From contig NC_021219.1 in assembly GCF_000392435.1 (NCBI RefSeq), forward strand, positions 180,001 to 212,000: DNA of 32,000 bases. The letters run 5' to 3'. The DNA is from Candidatus Saccharimonas aalborgensis (GTDB lineage: Bacteria; Patescibacteriota; Saccharimonadia; Saccharimonadales; Saccharimonadaceae). Each line of letters opens with the position of its first letter. Within the stretch, counting starts at the first letter, position 1. The translations under genes were made by a program, and so were the position numbers. Below are positions 1-7,693 of the stretch, in pieces. The notes below the pieces were generated by a model. The model had not been told where the DNA came from. It worked only from the letters and a program-made list of their open reading frames with translations, and made no database searches.

Positions 1-231
1 CGCAGTCAGCGTGATGAGCACTGGCCAGCGCCGCGTCCATACATTGTGTACGGTCACAAGGTAAAACCCAAAGGCCAGCAGCACAAACCCATTGAGATAG
101 ACCACATGTTCGCTCACCTGAGAGTTGTAGATAGGGAGCGTCACGATCTCGGACAAAAAGAGTGCCGACAGAACAGGTCCGGCAAATCGGCCAACCTTTT
201 TTGATGCGGTGATCTCGACGCGTGTGGTCAT
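1..231 (-). CDS. hypothetical integral membrane protein, N-terminal part (gene runs off the window start)
   Basis: Own translation from ATG 231..229: MTTRVEITASKKVGRFAGPVLSALFLSEIVTLPIYNSQVSEHVVYLNGFVLLAFGFYLVTVHNVWTRRWPVLITLTA, open to position 1. It has hydrophobic stretches. It is absent from the ORF track because there is no stop in the window. Confidence 0.5.
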   Translation of the reverse strand, partial: MTTRVEITASKKVGRFAGPVLSALFLSEIVTLPIYNSQVSEHVVYLNGFVLLAFGFYLVTVHNVWTRRWPVLITLTA

Positions 232-237
232 GCAGAC

Positions 238-246
238 ATCTTAACA
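238..246 (-). promoter_or_regulatory. extended -10 element, leaderless configuration
   Basis: Reverse complement of 229..246 reads TGTTAAGATgtctgcATG: TGn + TAAGAT, a 6-nt spacer, then the start codon. Confidence 0.4.
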
Positions 247-354
247 AATTTTGTCAAACAATCCCACTAAAACTGAAACTAAATAAGAAACCGGCGTAGG
301 TATATAAACCTTTTGCTACACACTAAAGAGATTCTTGTATTACACTATACATAT

Positions 355-876
355 ATGTCACGACAACAAAAAAATGACCCTAGGTCAAAGGAATCCGAAA
401 AACAGCTTCAGGCTGATTATTTACGAGAGAGAATCTATAGTGGCATTACCCTTCTTGGCGTTAGCGCAGGCCTCCTCGCAAATACTGCATACATCTCTGC
501 CAGTTACGCGCTCACGACAATAGTATCCGCCGCACTTGGTATAGGACTGGCAAGCATTTTTGCAGAACTTGTGTCATATCGCGTTATTCACGACAGAGCT
601 ATTCCTCGACGTGAATTCTTGCATCACCTAAGAACACACCGAGCTTTTCTGGTCGCTGCAGCCCCATCACTTATATTTATTCCTGCTGCGGCCCTCAGCA
701 TCATGACACTGCGAACTGCGCTCGTAATAGACATCGTTCTCGGGGTATTTAGCTTATTTGTTATCCTCATCCGTTCAGCAGTCACGCCAAAGAATACGTT
801 GGCATCAATCACCGTATCGATTGGAATACAGGCGATTATCGCAGCTCTTGTGATTGGTCTAAAGATAGTAAAATAA
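355..876 (+). CDS. hypothetical multi-pass membrane protein
   Basis: ORF track 313..876. Position 313 is TTG; the first ATG is at 355 (MSRQQKND...). Several long hydrophobic segments. No family recognised. Confidence 0.55.
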   Translation: MSRQQKNDPRSKESEKQLQADYLRERIYSGITLLGVSAGLLANTAYISASYALTTIVSAALGIGLASIFAELVSYRVIHDRAIPRREFLHHLRTHRAFLVAAAPSLIFIPAAALSIMTLRTALVIDIVLGVFSLFVILIRSAVTPKNTLASITVSIGIQAIIAALVIGLKIVK

Positions 877-899
877 CCTAGCACTTCATAGTCATAGTT

Positions 900-1301
900 T
901 TATTGACAGGCACTACCAAACAGCTCACCATAGGTAACTTTACCTATTTGGTCTTTTTTCTGATCAGCAACGCGAGCGCGACACTCGACTGCCTTGAGGT
1001 CTAGCTCACGCTGAGCAGCTTGCCTCTGTTGCTCTACTGCTTGAGCTCGCTTAGCTGATTCGTTCTGCAGATACATATACCCCATCGACCCTATAAGGCC
1101 CAAAATGAGGATGATTGCTGCAGTGATATATTGTTTACGACTAAACTGTATCTTTGGAAGTTTTTTAGTCTTTTTCACAGAGTGGACGCCCACTTCTGCC
1201 TTTGCTTCAATAGACGACATCATGCGTGCAGACGTTATAGCTTTACGCCCGATTTTGCGACGATATAAACCCTCTCCCCGTCTCGCATGTTGTGGTTTCA
1301 T
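900..1301 (-). CDS. hypothetical single-pass membrane protein with a Gln/Ala-rich C-terminal region
   Basis: ORF track 900..1313. One TM (ITAAIILILGLIGSMGYMYL). The track start ATG 1313 lies inside the -10 box, so ATG 1304 or 1301 is the more likely start. Confidence 0.5.
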   Translation of the reverse strand: MKPQHARRGEGLYRRKIGRKAITSARMMSSIEAKAEVGVHSVKKTKKLPKIQFSRKQYITAAIILILGLIGSMGYMYLQNESAKRAQAVEQQRQAAQRELDLKAVECRARVADQKKDQIGKVTYGELFGSACQ

Positions 1302-1308
1302 CATTCCT

Positions 1309-1317
1309 ATCATAGCA
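1309..1317 (-). promoter_or_regulatory. extended -10 element TGCTATGAT, leaderless configuration
   Basis: Reverse complement of 1299..1317 reads TGCTATGATaggaATGATG. Confidence 0.45.
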
Positions 1318-1394
1318 AATCCAGGGTCCGTTTGCTAGCGACATATCCTCGACCTTGATAAAAATAGCCACCTCTTGTAGAATGGATGTTGTGT

Positions 1395-1470
1395 GGCTCT
1401 TTAGCTCAGTTGGTAGAGCAGAGGCCTGAAGAGCCTTGTGTCACTAGTTCGAGTCTAGTAGGAGCCACCA
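1395..1470 (+). tRNA. tRNA-Phe (anticodon GAA), CCA encoded
   Basis: Hand fold, 76 nt: acceptor GGCTCTT/AGGAGCC, D arm GCTC-AGTTGGTA-GAGC, anticodon arm GAGGC-CTGAAGA-GCCTT, T arm ACTAG-TTCGAGT-CTAGT, A73, CCA. Confidence 0.9.
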
Positions 1471-1479
1471 TACGAAAGC

Positions 1480-1506
1480 ATCCCTCGTGATATGAGGGAT
1501 TTTTTC
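1480..1506 (+). terminator. rho-independent terminator after tRNA-Phe
   Basis: ATCCCTC-gtgatat-GAGGGAT followed by TTTTTT. Confidence 0.75.
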
Positions 1507-1511
1507 GTGAG

Positions 1512-1534
1512 GTGACACAAGGCTCTTCAGGCCT
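1512..1534 (-). repeat. inverted 23-nt copy of the tRNA-Phe anticodon arm and variable region
   Basis: 1512..1534 (GTGACACAAGGCTCTTCAGGCCT) is the exact reverse complement of 1422..1444. Confidence 0.9.
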
Positions 1535-1564
1535 TGGCCCTTCGAGCGGTTAATTGAAGCTGAG

Positions 1565-1601
1565 GGCTCTGTCACTAGTTCGAGTCTAGTAGGAGCCACC
1601 A
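1565..1601 (+). pseudogene. tRNA-Phe-derived remnant with acceptor and T arm only (minihelix-like); D and anticodon arms deleted
   Basis: GGCTCT (tRNA positions 1-6) is joined directly to GTC-ACTAG-TTCGAGT-CTAGT-AGGAGCC-A-CCA. 1570..1610 is identical to 1439..1479. Confidence 0.6.
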
Positions 1602-1610
1602 TACGAAAGT

Positions 1611-1638
1611 ATCCCCCCATATCTAGGAGGGATTTTTT
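1611..1638 (+). terminator. rho-independent terminator (diverged duplicate of 1480..1506)
   Basis: ATCCCCCC-atatcta-GGAGGGAT (one mismatch) followed by TTTTTT. Confidence 0.65.
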
Positions 1639-1650
1639 CGTAAGATTGCA

Positions 1651-1659
1651 TGCTATAAT
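1651..1659 (+). promoter_or_regulatory. extended -10 element TGCTATAAT for tRNA-Gly(CCC)
   Basis: TGCTATAAT ends 10 nt before the first tRNA base, so the predicted TSS is 3-4 nt upstream of the mature 5' end. Confidence 0.55.
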
Positions 1660-1669
1660 ACCCGTTAGC

Positions 1670-1744
1670 GCGGGTATCGTATAACGGCTATTATATGACC
1701 TTCCCAAGGTTGAGACGGGAGTTCGACTCTCCCTACCCGCACCA
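1670..1744 (+). tRNA. tRNA-Gly (anticodon CCC), CCA encoded
   Basis: Hand fold, 75 nt: GCGGGTA/TACCCGC acceptor, D arm GTAT-AACGGCTA-TTAT, anticodon arm TGACC-TTCCCAA-GGTTG, T arm GGGAG-TTCGACT-CTCCC. It closely parallels my recollection of the E. coli glyT layout. Confidence 0.85.
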
Positions 1745-1753
1745 TTTCCAGTT

Positions 1754-2527
1754 ATGACTAGAGTTGATTTTTCACCAAGAGCACAACGAGTCGTCGACAT
1801 TACCTTGAGCGAGGTAGCGCATCGCTATGGCGACGGGATAAACCCCGGATCAATCGCTTCATGTCCCTATCACGATCTTGAACATTCGACTGCCGTCATG
1901 GAAAGTGCTGTCCTATTGGCTTCACGGTTGCATCTTAGTAGAGCCGCCCTCGAATTGGCCGCTCTGAGCGGCGCAGCTCACGACGTCATTCGCGAACACG
2001 CTGAGGATATGACACCGGAGGAAGCAAGTGCTGCATGGCTTCGCCGCGTCATGCTTAACAATGGATACACAATTGACGATACTACTGTAACTACCCGGGC
2101 AATTCTTGCCACAACTGCCCAAATGCTTGAATCGGGTATCGTTGTCCAGCAAACGGCTGGTCTTAATGCCGATTCAGAAGCTAACGCGGTAGCACTCTGT
2201 GTAGCGAGCGCAGATCTCCGGGCCCTCTATATGCCGACCGGACCGCGTGCAGCTCATGATTACTTTCGTGAACTGCGAGGACTATCGGGCGAGGAGGCTC
2301 CGGCAGATTTAGAGGGATTGCGAAAGTACCAACTTGGAGAAGTAGCACTTACTAGTGGATACCGCTATCCACTCGATGTAGCTGAGGCGCTCTTTGCACG
2401 CGATCGTGACGATATCGTTGCCCACCACAAACGACTGATTGATCTCCTTGATAGAGGACTTATTTCTTCCTGGGATGATGTCGTACAGCTAGACCTCGAG
2501 TATTACGAGGCTCATACCCAAAGATAA
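1754..2527 (+). CDS. HD-superfamily phosphohydrolase-like protein (hypothetical)
   Basis: ORF track. PYHDLEHS and AAHDVIRE resemble the H..HD metal-binding motifs. ATG is 9 nt after the tRNA-Gly 3' end, with no SD. Confidence 0.5.
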   Translation: MTRVDFSPRAQRVVDITLSEVAHRYGDGINPGSIASCPYHDLEHSTAVMESAVLLASRLHLSRAALELAALSGAAHDVIREHAEDMTPEEASAAWLRRVMLNNGYTIDDTTVTTRAILATTAQMLESGIVVQQTAGLNADSEANAVALCVASADLRALYMPTGPRAAHDYFRELRGLSGEEAPADLEGLRKYQLGEVALTSGYRYPLDVAEALFARDRDDIVAHHKRLIDLLDRGLISSWDDVVQLDLEYYEAHTQR

Positions 2528-3289
2528 CTATTTAACTTCTTTGGCCATAAAATCTTTGACACTCTGCACTGTGTCCATAAATTGACTGGGGAAAATAATC
2601 GTTGAGTTCTTTTCAACCGCAATCTCAGTCAAGACCTGCAAATTTCGAAGCTGTAATGCAATCGGGTGTGCAGAGATGATATCAGCCGCTTCACCTAACT
2701 TTTGGGCACTCATTTGCTCACCCTCGGCAGCGATGATCTTTGCCCGGCGCTCGCGCTCTGCCTCGGCCTGTTTGGCCATGGCACGTTTCATATCCTGAGG
2801 TAATTCGATATTTTGGACTTTGACACTGTCGATGTTGATGCCCCATTTTTCGGTTTCGCCGTCGACGATATCTTTGATCTGCTGGCTCACCTCATCTCGT
2901 TTACCGAGCAACGAATCGAGTTCAACATTACCAGTGACGTCGCGAAGTGCAGCCTGCGCAAACTGGCTTGTCGCATAAATATAATTTGCCACCTCTAGAA
3001 CAGCTTTATCGGCATTGACGACGTTGAAATAAACAACTGCATCGACATTGATGGTGACATTGTCTTTTGTGATAACTTCTTGCTTAGGAATATCGATGGT
3101 ATTAGTGCGAATATCGACTTTTATCATTCGCTGGAACACTGGTACTACAATGCGCAGTCCTGGCTCACGTATACCGCTAAACTTACCGAGAGTAAGTACA
3201 ACCCCTCGCTCATACTGATCGATAATCTTTATGCCACTTGCAATAATTGCCCCGACAAACAAAATGATTGTGATTACTGCACCTTCCAC
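2528..3289 (-). CDS. SPFH/band-7 (stomatin/prohibitin-like) membrane protein
   Basis: N-terminal TM followed by an SPFH core (GVVLTLGKFSGIREPGLRIVVPVFQ, DAVVYF) and a charged AEAERERRAKIIAAEGE region. I moved the start to GTG 3289 because GAGGAGG lies 5 nt upstream; the track start is 3337. Confidence 0.85.
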   Translation of the reverse strand: MEGAVITIILFVGAIIASGIKIIDQYERGVVLTLGKFSGIREPGLRIVVPVFQRMIKVDIRTNTIDIPKQEVITKDNVTINVDAVVYFNVVNADKAVLEVANYIYATSQFAQAALRDVTGNVELDSLLGKRDEVSQQIKDIVDGETEKWGINIDSVKVQNIELPQDMKRAMAKQAEAERERRAKIIAAEGEQMSAQKLGEAADIISAHPIALQLRNLQVLTEIAVEKNSTIIFPSQFMDTVQSVKDFMAKEVK

Positions 3290-3362
3290 TGTATCCTCCT
3301 CGACATTACATAGATACCAGTAGTATAGGATGTTCAAAAAATATTAGCAACGTCTGCCCTAC

Positions 3363-3391
3363 TTGTCGCGAGAACTAGGCCGTGATAGCAT
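3363..3391 (+). promoter_or_regulatory. promoter for tRNA-Gly(UCC): -35 TTGTCG, 17-nt spacer, extended -10 TGaTAGCAT
   Basis: TTGTCG at 3363..3368, TG at 3383..3384, TAGCAT at 3386..3391. The predicted TSS is about 4 nt before the tRNA 5' end. Confidence 0.4.
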
Positions 3392-3401
3392 GGACTGACA
3401 T

Positions 3402-3476
3402 GCGGGTGTAGTTTACCGTCAAAACGCTGGCCTTCCAGGCGAGAAACTCCTGGTTCAACTCCGGACACCCGCACCA
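3402..3476 (+). tRNA. tRNA-Gly (anticodon TCC), non-canonical D loop and stems, CCA encoded
   Basis: Hand fold, 75 nt: perfect acceptor GCGGGTG/CACCCGC; D arm GTTT-ACCGTCA-AAAC (no GG); anticodon arm CTGGC-CTTCCAG-GCGAG (central G/G mismatch); T arm CCTGG-TTCAACT-CCGGA (C/A at 49:65, U:G at 51:63); A73, CCA. Confidence 0.7.
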
Positions 3477-3562
3477 CAATCACAGTACATCCCTCGACGA
3501 GCTTCGCAGATGCGTGGCTCGTTTTCAAACGAGCGACTCTGGGGGTATAATGATAGAGGAAG

Positions 3563-4840
3563 ATGAAATTGATACATACAGCAAAAAAAGCCCTCTACAT
3601 TTCGGTAGCGAAGTATTTTCGTTACTGGTCAAACAAGAGCCTGCGGCGCTGGAATCCGCGAGTTATTGTCGTAACGGGGTCGGTTGGCAAGACAACCATG
3701 CTCAATCTCATCGAAACGCAGCTCGGACCGGCGGCTCACTATTCACACAATGCCAATAGTGCCTTTGGGATTGCCTTCGATATCGTGGGGATGCGTGGTA
3801 TTACCAGCAGCAAGCTGAAATGGCTGTATCTGTTCATCGCCGTCCCCCTCCGATCACTTTTTTTTACCAGACATGAAAAATATTATGTTGCCGAGATTGA
3901 CGGAGAACGCCCCCGCGAAGCCTCACTGCTTGCCGAATGGCTACGTCCCGAAGTAACTGTCTGGGTGAGCCTGGGCAGAAGCCACGCGGTGTTTTACGAT
4001 GCAGTGGTCGCAAGCGGTCGCTATGGGTCAGTCGATGAAGCTATCGCCGATGAATTCGCTTCACTTGCCCGAAACACCTCAAAGCTCGTAATCGTAGATG
4101 GCGGCAACCCGGCCATGACCACACAGATCAAAGATATTAGCGGCAAGATAGTTGCCATAACTGACGCAGCATTGCACAAATACCACGTCTCGCCTACCAG
4201 TGCATCATTTGTAATGAGTAGTGGCACATTTTCTTTTTCAGATCCAATGCCAAAAGAGACGTACGTCCAATTGGCGATGCTTGAGCAGCTCATGAACTAT
4301 CTCGCTTTGCCGATTACCCACGATGTATCGTCATTTTCGTCACCACCAGGCAGAAGTCGTCATTTTGCAGGCATCAAAGACACACACCTGATAGACAGCA
4401 GCTACAACGCACACCTCATCAGCATGCGTTCAATGATTGCGATGATGCAGGCTATGCCCGCGACGCACAAGTGGGCGGTCATCGGCGATATGGTGGAGCA
4501 AGGCAAGAGCGAGTCCGAAGAACACCGATTGCTTGGCGAGCTCCTCTCAACCACAGATTTCGAGCAAATTATTCTGGTGGGGCGACGAGTTTCTCTACAT
4601 ACTCACCCCGCTATCAGTTCATCCAACCCGCAAAGACACGTAGAATCATTTGCAAACGCACGCGATGCACTGCAATATATCGTCGATCATTTGCAGGGAA
4701 ATGAAGTCCTGCTCTTTAAGGGTAGCCAGTACCTCGAATGGATAGTCGAGAAGTTACTTCTCAACCCACAGGATGTAAGTAAATTAGCTCGCCAGGATAT
4801 TGCATCAGTTAAGCGCCGAGCATCTTGGGGGTTATCATGA
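3563..4840 (+). CDS. Mur ligase family protein, MurF-like, lacking the N-terminal UDP-binding domain
   Basis: P-loop VVTGSVGKTT at residues 36-45. DSSYNAH and GDMVEQGKSESEEH match the MurF-type motifs DDSYNAN and GDMLELG. 425 aa. Confidence 0.8.
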   Translation: MKLIHTAKKALYISVAKYFRYWSNKSLRRWNPRVIVVTGSVGKTTMLNLIETQLGPAAHYSHNANSAFGIAFDIVGMRGITSSKLKWLYLFIAVPLRSLFFTRHEKYYVAEIDGERPREASLLAEWLRPEVTVWVSLGRSHAVFYDAVVASGRYGSVDEAIADEFASLARNTSKLVIVDGGNPAMTTQIKDISGKIVAITDAALHKYHVSPTSASFVMSSGTFSFSDPMPKETYVQLAMLEQLMNYLALPITHDVSSFSSPPGRSRHFAGIKDTHLIDSSYNAHLISMRSMIAMMQAMPATHKWAVIGDMVEQGKSESEEHRLLGELLSTTDFEQIILVGRRVSLHTHPAISSSNPQRHVESFANARDALQYIVDHLQGNEVLLFKGSQYLEWIVEKLLLNPQDVSKLARQDIASVKRRASWGLS

Positions 4841-5532
4841 CAGCGCCTCTCGTCATCATCCACGGCTGGACCTACACAATTAAGCCATGGGACAAAACTG
4901 TTGCCATTCTCAAGGAGATGGGAGTGGAAGTACATCAACTCCGTGTGCCAGGACTGACACAGCCGTCTGACGCCGTGTGGACAATCGATGCGTACGTCGC
5001 CTGGCTCGATCAGGAACTACAAGCAATCCCCAATCCAATCGTCCTAGGGCATTCAAATGGTGGTCGTATTGCCATGCATTATCTAGCACAACACCCCAAT
5101 CGTTTCAAAAAGCTTATTTTGCTGAATAGTGCCGGCGTCGCTATCTCGTCAACGAGCCAGTCGCTGAAAAAAACTGCAGTGAAAGCATCAGCAAAGATAC
5201 TCAAACCGCTCAAATATATCCCTGGTGTTCGACGTGTAGTGTACCGCGCGCTAGGAAGCGACTACGGCAGAGCACCAAAAAACATGCAGGCCACACTCAA
5301 CAATATGCTAGCAGCCGATAAAGACTTCTCTCCGCGTATGATCGCTACCCCAACGATCATGCTGTGGGGGGAGTCGGATAACGTTACGTCGCTCGCAATT
5401 GGCAAAAAAATTGCCGATGAACTCCCCACGGCAACGCTCCATACCTTTCCGGGCTGGGGACATGCGCCGTACCTCACTCACCCAGAACAAGTGGCTGACG
5501 CAATTATGGCTGCCATGCAGGAGAGCGCGTGA
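4837..5532 (+). CDS. alpha/beta hydrolase
   Basis: Nucleophile elbow GHSNG, later WGESD and GWGHAPY. ATG 4837 overlaps the upstream stop (ATGA); the track start is 4825. Confidence 0.8.
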   Translation: MTAPLVIIHGWTYTIKPWDKTVAILKEMGVEVHQLRVPGLTQPSDAVWTIDAYVAWLDQELQAIPNPIVLGHSNGGRIAMHYLAQHPNRFKKLILLNSAGVAISSTSQSLKKTAVKASAKILKPLKYIPGVRRVVYRALGSDYGRAPKNMQATLNNMLAADKDFSPRMIATPTIMLWGESDNVTSLAIGKKIADELPTATLHTFPGWGHAPYLTHPEQVADAIMAAMQESA

Positions 5533-6695
5533 TTTTTCAGTCAATCGGCTCACAGTTTCGGGCCCCAGATATGTGGCGGCATCTGACTGCTCATGCTTCG
5601 CGTGATTCGTCTACGAAACTCACCCACACACTTGAGGCAACATTTGGCGGAAAGGCCTTTTTGTACCAAAATGGCAGAAGTGCGCTCGCGGCAGCCTTAA
5701 CCCAAATCGCGTTAGATCATCCAGGCGCATCGGTCGCGGTGAACGGCTATAGCTGCTTCGTCGTACAAGAAGCGGTGCATGCGGCTGGTTTGACACCAGT
5801 ATTTCTTGATATCGATCCAAACGCTCTCCATTTTTCGGGTGATACCCTAGCGAAAGCGCTCACAGAAAACACCGATATCAAAGCAGTGGTCGTTCAAAAT
5901 ACCTTAGGCATTCCGTGTGATATAGAGACGATTGAGCGAATCACTACAAAACGAAATATTTGTCTTATCGAGGACCTGGCTCATTCTGCTGGCTTACGCT
6001 ATGGCGACGGTCGTGCGGCAGGATCTGTTGGGGCCTTTGTCATCCTATCATTTGGCCGCGATAAACTACTCGATACGGTGAGTGGCGGTGCACTCATTGT
6101 GCGTCAATCAACAGATACAAGCAAATTGCCTCAGCATGAGCTACTTGCACCGCTGGGAACTCGCCTGAGAGATCGTTTGTATCCATTTTTTACCTGGATA
6201 GCACGCATGTTGTATCCGATAAAAGTTGGCGGCGTGTTACTACGGGGGCTCCTGTGGACAAAGCTCATTTCACGCTCGGCGAGCGGTAGTATCAACCCGT
6301 CCTACACGATGCCTGCTTGGCAAGCCGAATGTGCGCTCTATCGGCTGAAGGAGCTAGATCATGATATTGGTCGGCGAAAGGCGCTCCAGGAAATCTACCA
6401 AGAAAGACTACCCTCACTCATCGTAGCCGATACACCCGTGCGTGTCTCGATCATGGTAAAAGATCGTGCTGCGGTGCTGCGCGCCCTCCGTGCCCACCAC
6501 TATTATCTTGATGATATTTGGTATGATAGTCCCATCGGCCCGCGCCGGCTTTATCCCTCTGTAGCCTTTCCTGAATCACGCTGTCCTCACGCTGTCTATG
6601 CAGCAGAACACATCATCAATCTCCCGACTCATGTGTCTGTCGACAAAACAACTGCTCGACATATTGCTCAGATCATCGCCGAGGAAGAAGCATGA
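5529..6695 (+). CDS. DegT/DnrJ/EryC1/StrS-type PLP-dependent aminotransferase
   Basis: NGRSAL, LIEDLAHSAG, SFGRDK (candidate PLP lysine), GGALIV. GTG 5529 overlaps the upstream stop (GTGA). Confidence 0.75.
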   Translation: MIFQSIGSQFRAPDMWRHLTAHASRDSSTKLTHTLEATFGGKAFLYQNGRSALAAALTQIALDHPGASVAVNGYSCFVVQEAVHAAGLTPVFLDIDPNALHFSGDTLAKALTENTDIKAVVVQNTLGIPCDIETIERITTKRNICLIEDLAHSAGLRYGDGRAAGSVGAFVILSFGRDKLLDTVSGGALIVRQSTDTSKLPQHELLAPLGTRLRDRLYPFFTWIARMLYPIKVGGVLLRGLLWTKLISRSASGSINPSYTMPAWQAECALYRLKELDHDIGRRKALQEIYQERLPSLIVADTPVRVSIMVKDRAAVLRALRAHHYYLDDIWYDSPIGPRRLYPSVAFPESRCPHAVYAAEHIINLPTHVSVDKTTARHIAQIIAEEEA

Positions 6696-7693
6696 ACCAA
6701 TTCAGGATGTGTAGCGATAAGGCCACGTGGGATCGCTATCTCGCAGATTATCCTGAAGCAAATTTTTTGCAGTCATGGCAGTGGGCAGAAACATATGCTC
6801 GGCGTGGCAATACCATACTGAGGCATACGCTCACCGATGATGGTGTAGTAAAAGCAGTAGTCGCTGGCGTCACACATACTGCCCGGCGAGGAAAATATTT
6901 AGAAATCGCTGGCGGACCTTTGGTTGACTGGTCTGACACTCGCCTCGTTACTCTCCTCATGAATCATATTGCGACATTTGCCAGAGAGCAGCGGTGCGTA
7001 TTTGTGCGTATCCGACCACAAGCACAGACCGTTTCATTGACACAGTTTGGTCTCCGTCCTGCACGTATGCATCTTCATGCAGAACATACCAGCATACTAG
7101 ACATTGGCCGTGACACCGAGGTATTGCTCGCCGCCATGCGCCAACAAACGCGCTACGAGATACGACGCGCACCAAAACGCGGCATTAGCATCTCCTCAAA
7201 TAGAGCGTCGGTTGAAATTGATGAGTTCATTGAAATGCAGTACCAAACTGCCCATCGCCAGGGATTCACTCCCTCTTCGCCCGATTTCCTCCGTGAAGTT
7301 TGCCGCCAATTTGGTGACGATGCGCGTCTCTACCGCGCACAAAAAAATGGTCAGACGCTCAATCTTGCGCTTATCTTACATTTCGGTAAGGAGACGGATT
7401 ATTATGAAGCGGCCTCGATACCAGCAGCACGCAACGAACCCGGCGCTTACGCTATTTTGTGGCAGGTTATCAATGACGCCAAGCAGCGACAGATGTCGCG
7501 TGTGAACCTGTGGGGAATTGCACCGTCCAATTCCGGGCCAGCTCATCGCTACGCTCGTGTGACGACATTCAAACGTGGTTTTGGTGGCGACGACACTACC
7601 TATACACATGCTCATGATCTCGTCCTCAGGCCCATTGCCTACACAAAAAACTGGCTTGTTGAATCCATACGAAAAAAAAGGAGAAACGTATAA
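6692..7693 (+). CDS. FemAB-family (FemX-like) aminoacyl-tRNA-dependent peptidyltransferase, copy 1
   Basis: EANFLQSWQWAE, RRGKYLEIAGGP, VFVRIRPQ, NLWGI, FKRGFGG. 333 aa with no coiled-coil insert. ATG overlaps the upstream stop (ATGA). Confidence 0.8.
   Translation: MNQFRMCSDKATWDRYLADYPEANFLQSWQWAETYARRGNTILRHTLTDDGVVKAVVAGVTHTARRGKYLEIAGGPLVDWSDTRLVTLLMNHIATFAREQRCVFVRIRPQAQTVSLTQFGLRPARMHLHAEHTSILDIGRDTEVLLAAMRQQTRYEIRRAPKRGISISSNRASVEIDEFIEMQYQTAHRQGFTPSSPDFLREVCRQFGDDARLYRAQKNGQTLNLALILHFGKETDYYEAASIPAARNEPGAYAILWQVINDAKQRQMSRVNLWGIAPSNSGPAHRYARVTTFKRGFGGDDTTYTHAHDLVLRPIAYTKNWLVESIRKKRRNV

Noticed and set aside
319-326. cACACTAA, identical to an NrtR operator right arm, upstream of the 355..876 gene.
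   Set aside because: There is no matching left arm 13 nt upstream (aaaccttt), and the gene has no link to NAD metabolism. A single 8-mer half-site is expected by chance.
1521-1601. Possibility that 1521..1601 (81 nt, GGCTCTT...AGGAGCCACCA) is a second complete tRNA.
   Set aside because: The acceptor and T arm fit, but I could not form a D arm. The only central helix (CTTCGA/TTGAAG) closes an 8-nt loop, which is not a credible anticodon arm by hand folding. It needs tRNAscan-SE or ARAGORN to settle.
1395-1641. tRNA-Phe 3'-end duplication read as attL/attR of an integrated mobile element, or as a CRISPR-like repeat.
   Set aside because: The direct repeats are only about 90 nt apart, with no integrase or cargo between them or nearby. 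There are only two copies and no spacer periodicity. It is kept as a finding only as a local rearrangement.
1444-1800. 118-aa minus-strand ORF from the track.
   Set aside because: It runs antisense across the 3' part of tRNA-Phe, the tRNA-Phe remnant, tRNA-Gly(CCC) and two terminators. Its sequence is explained entirely by those RNA features.
3334-3759. Track ORFs 3334..3528 (minus, 64 aa) and 3514..3759 (plus, 81 aa).
   Set aside because: The first lies antisense over tRNA-Gly(UCC) and its promoter. The second is an alternative frame of the Mur-ligase 5' end. Neither has motifs or start signals.
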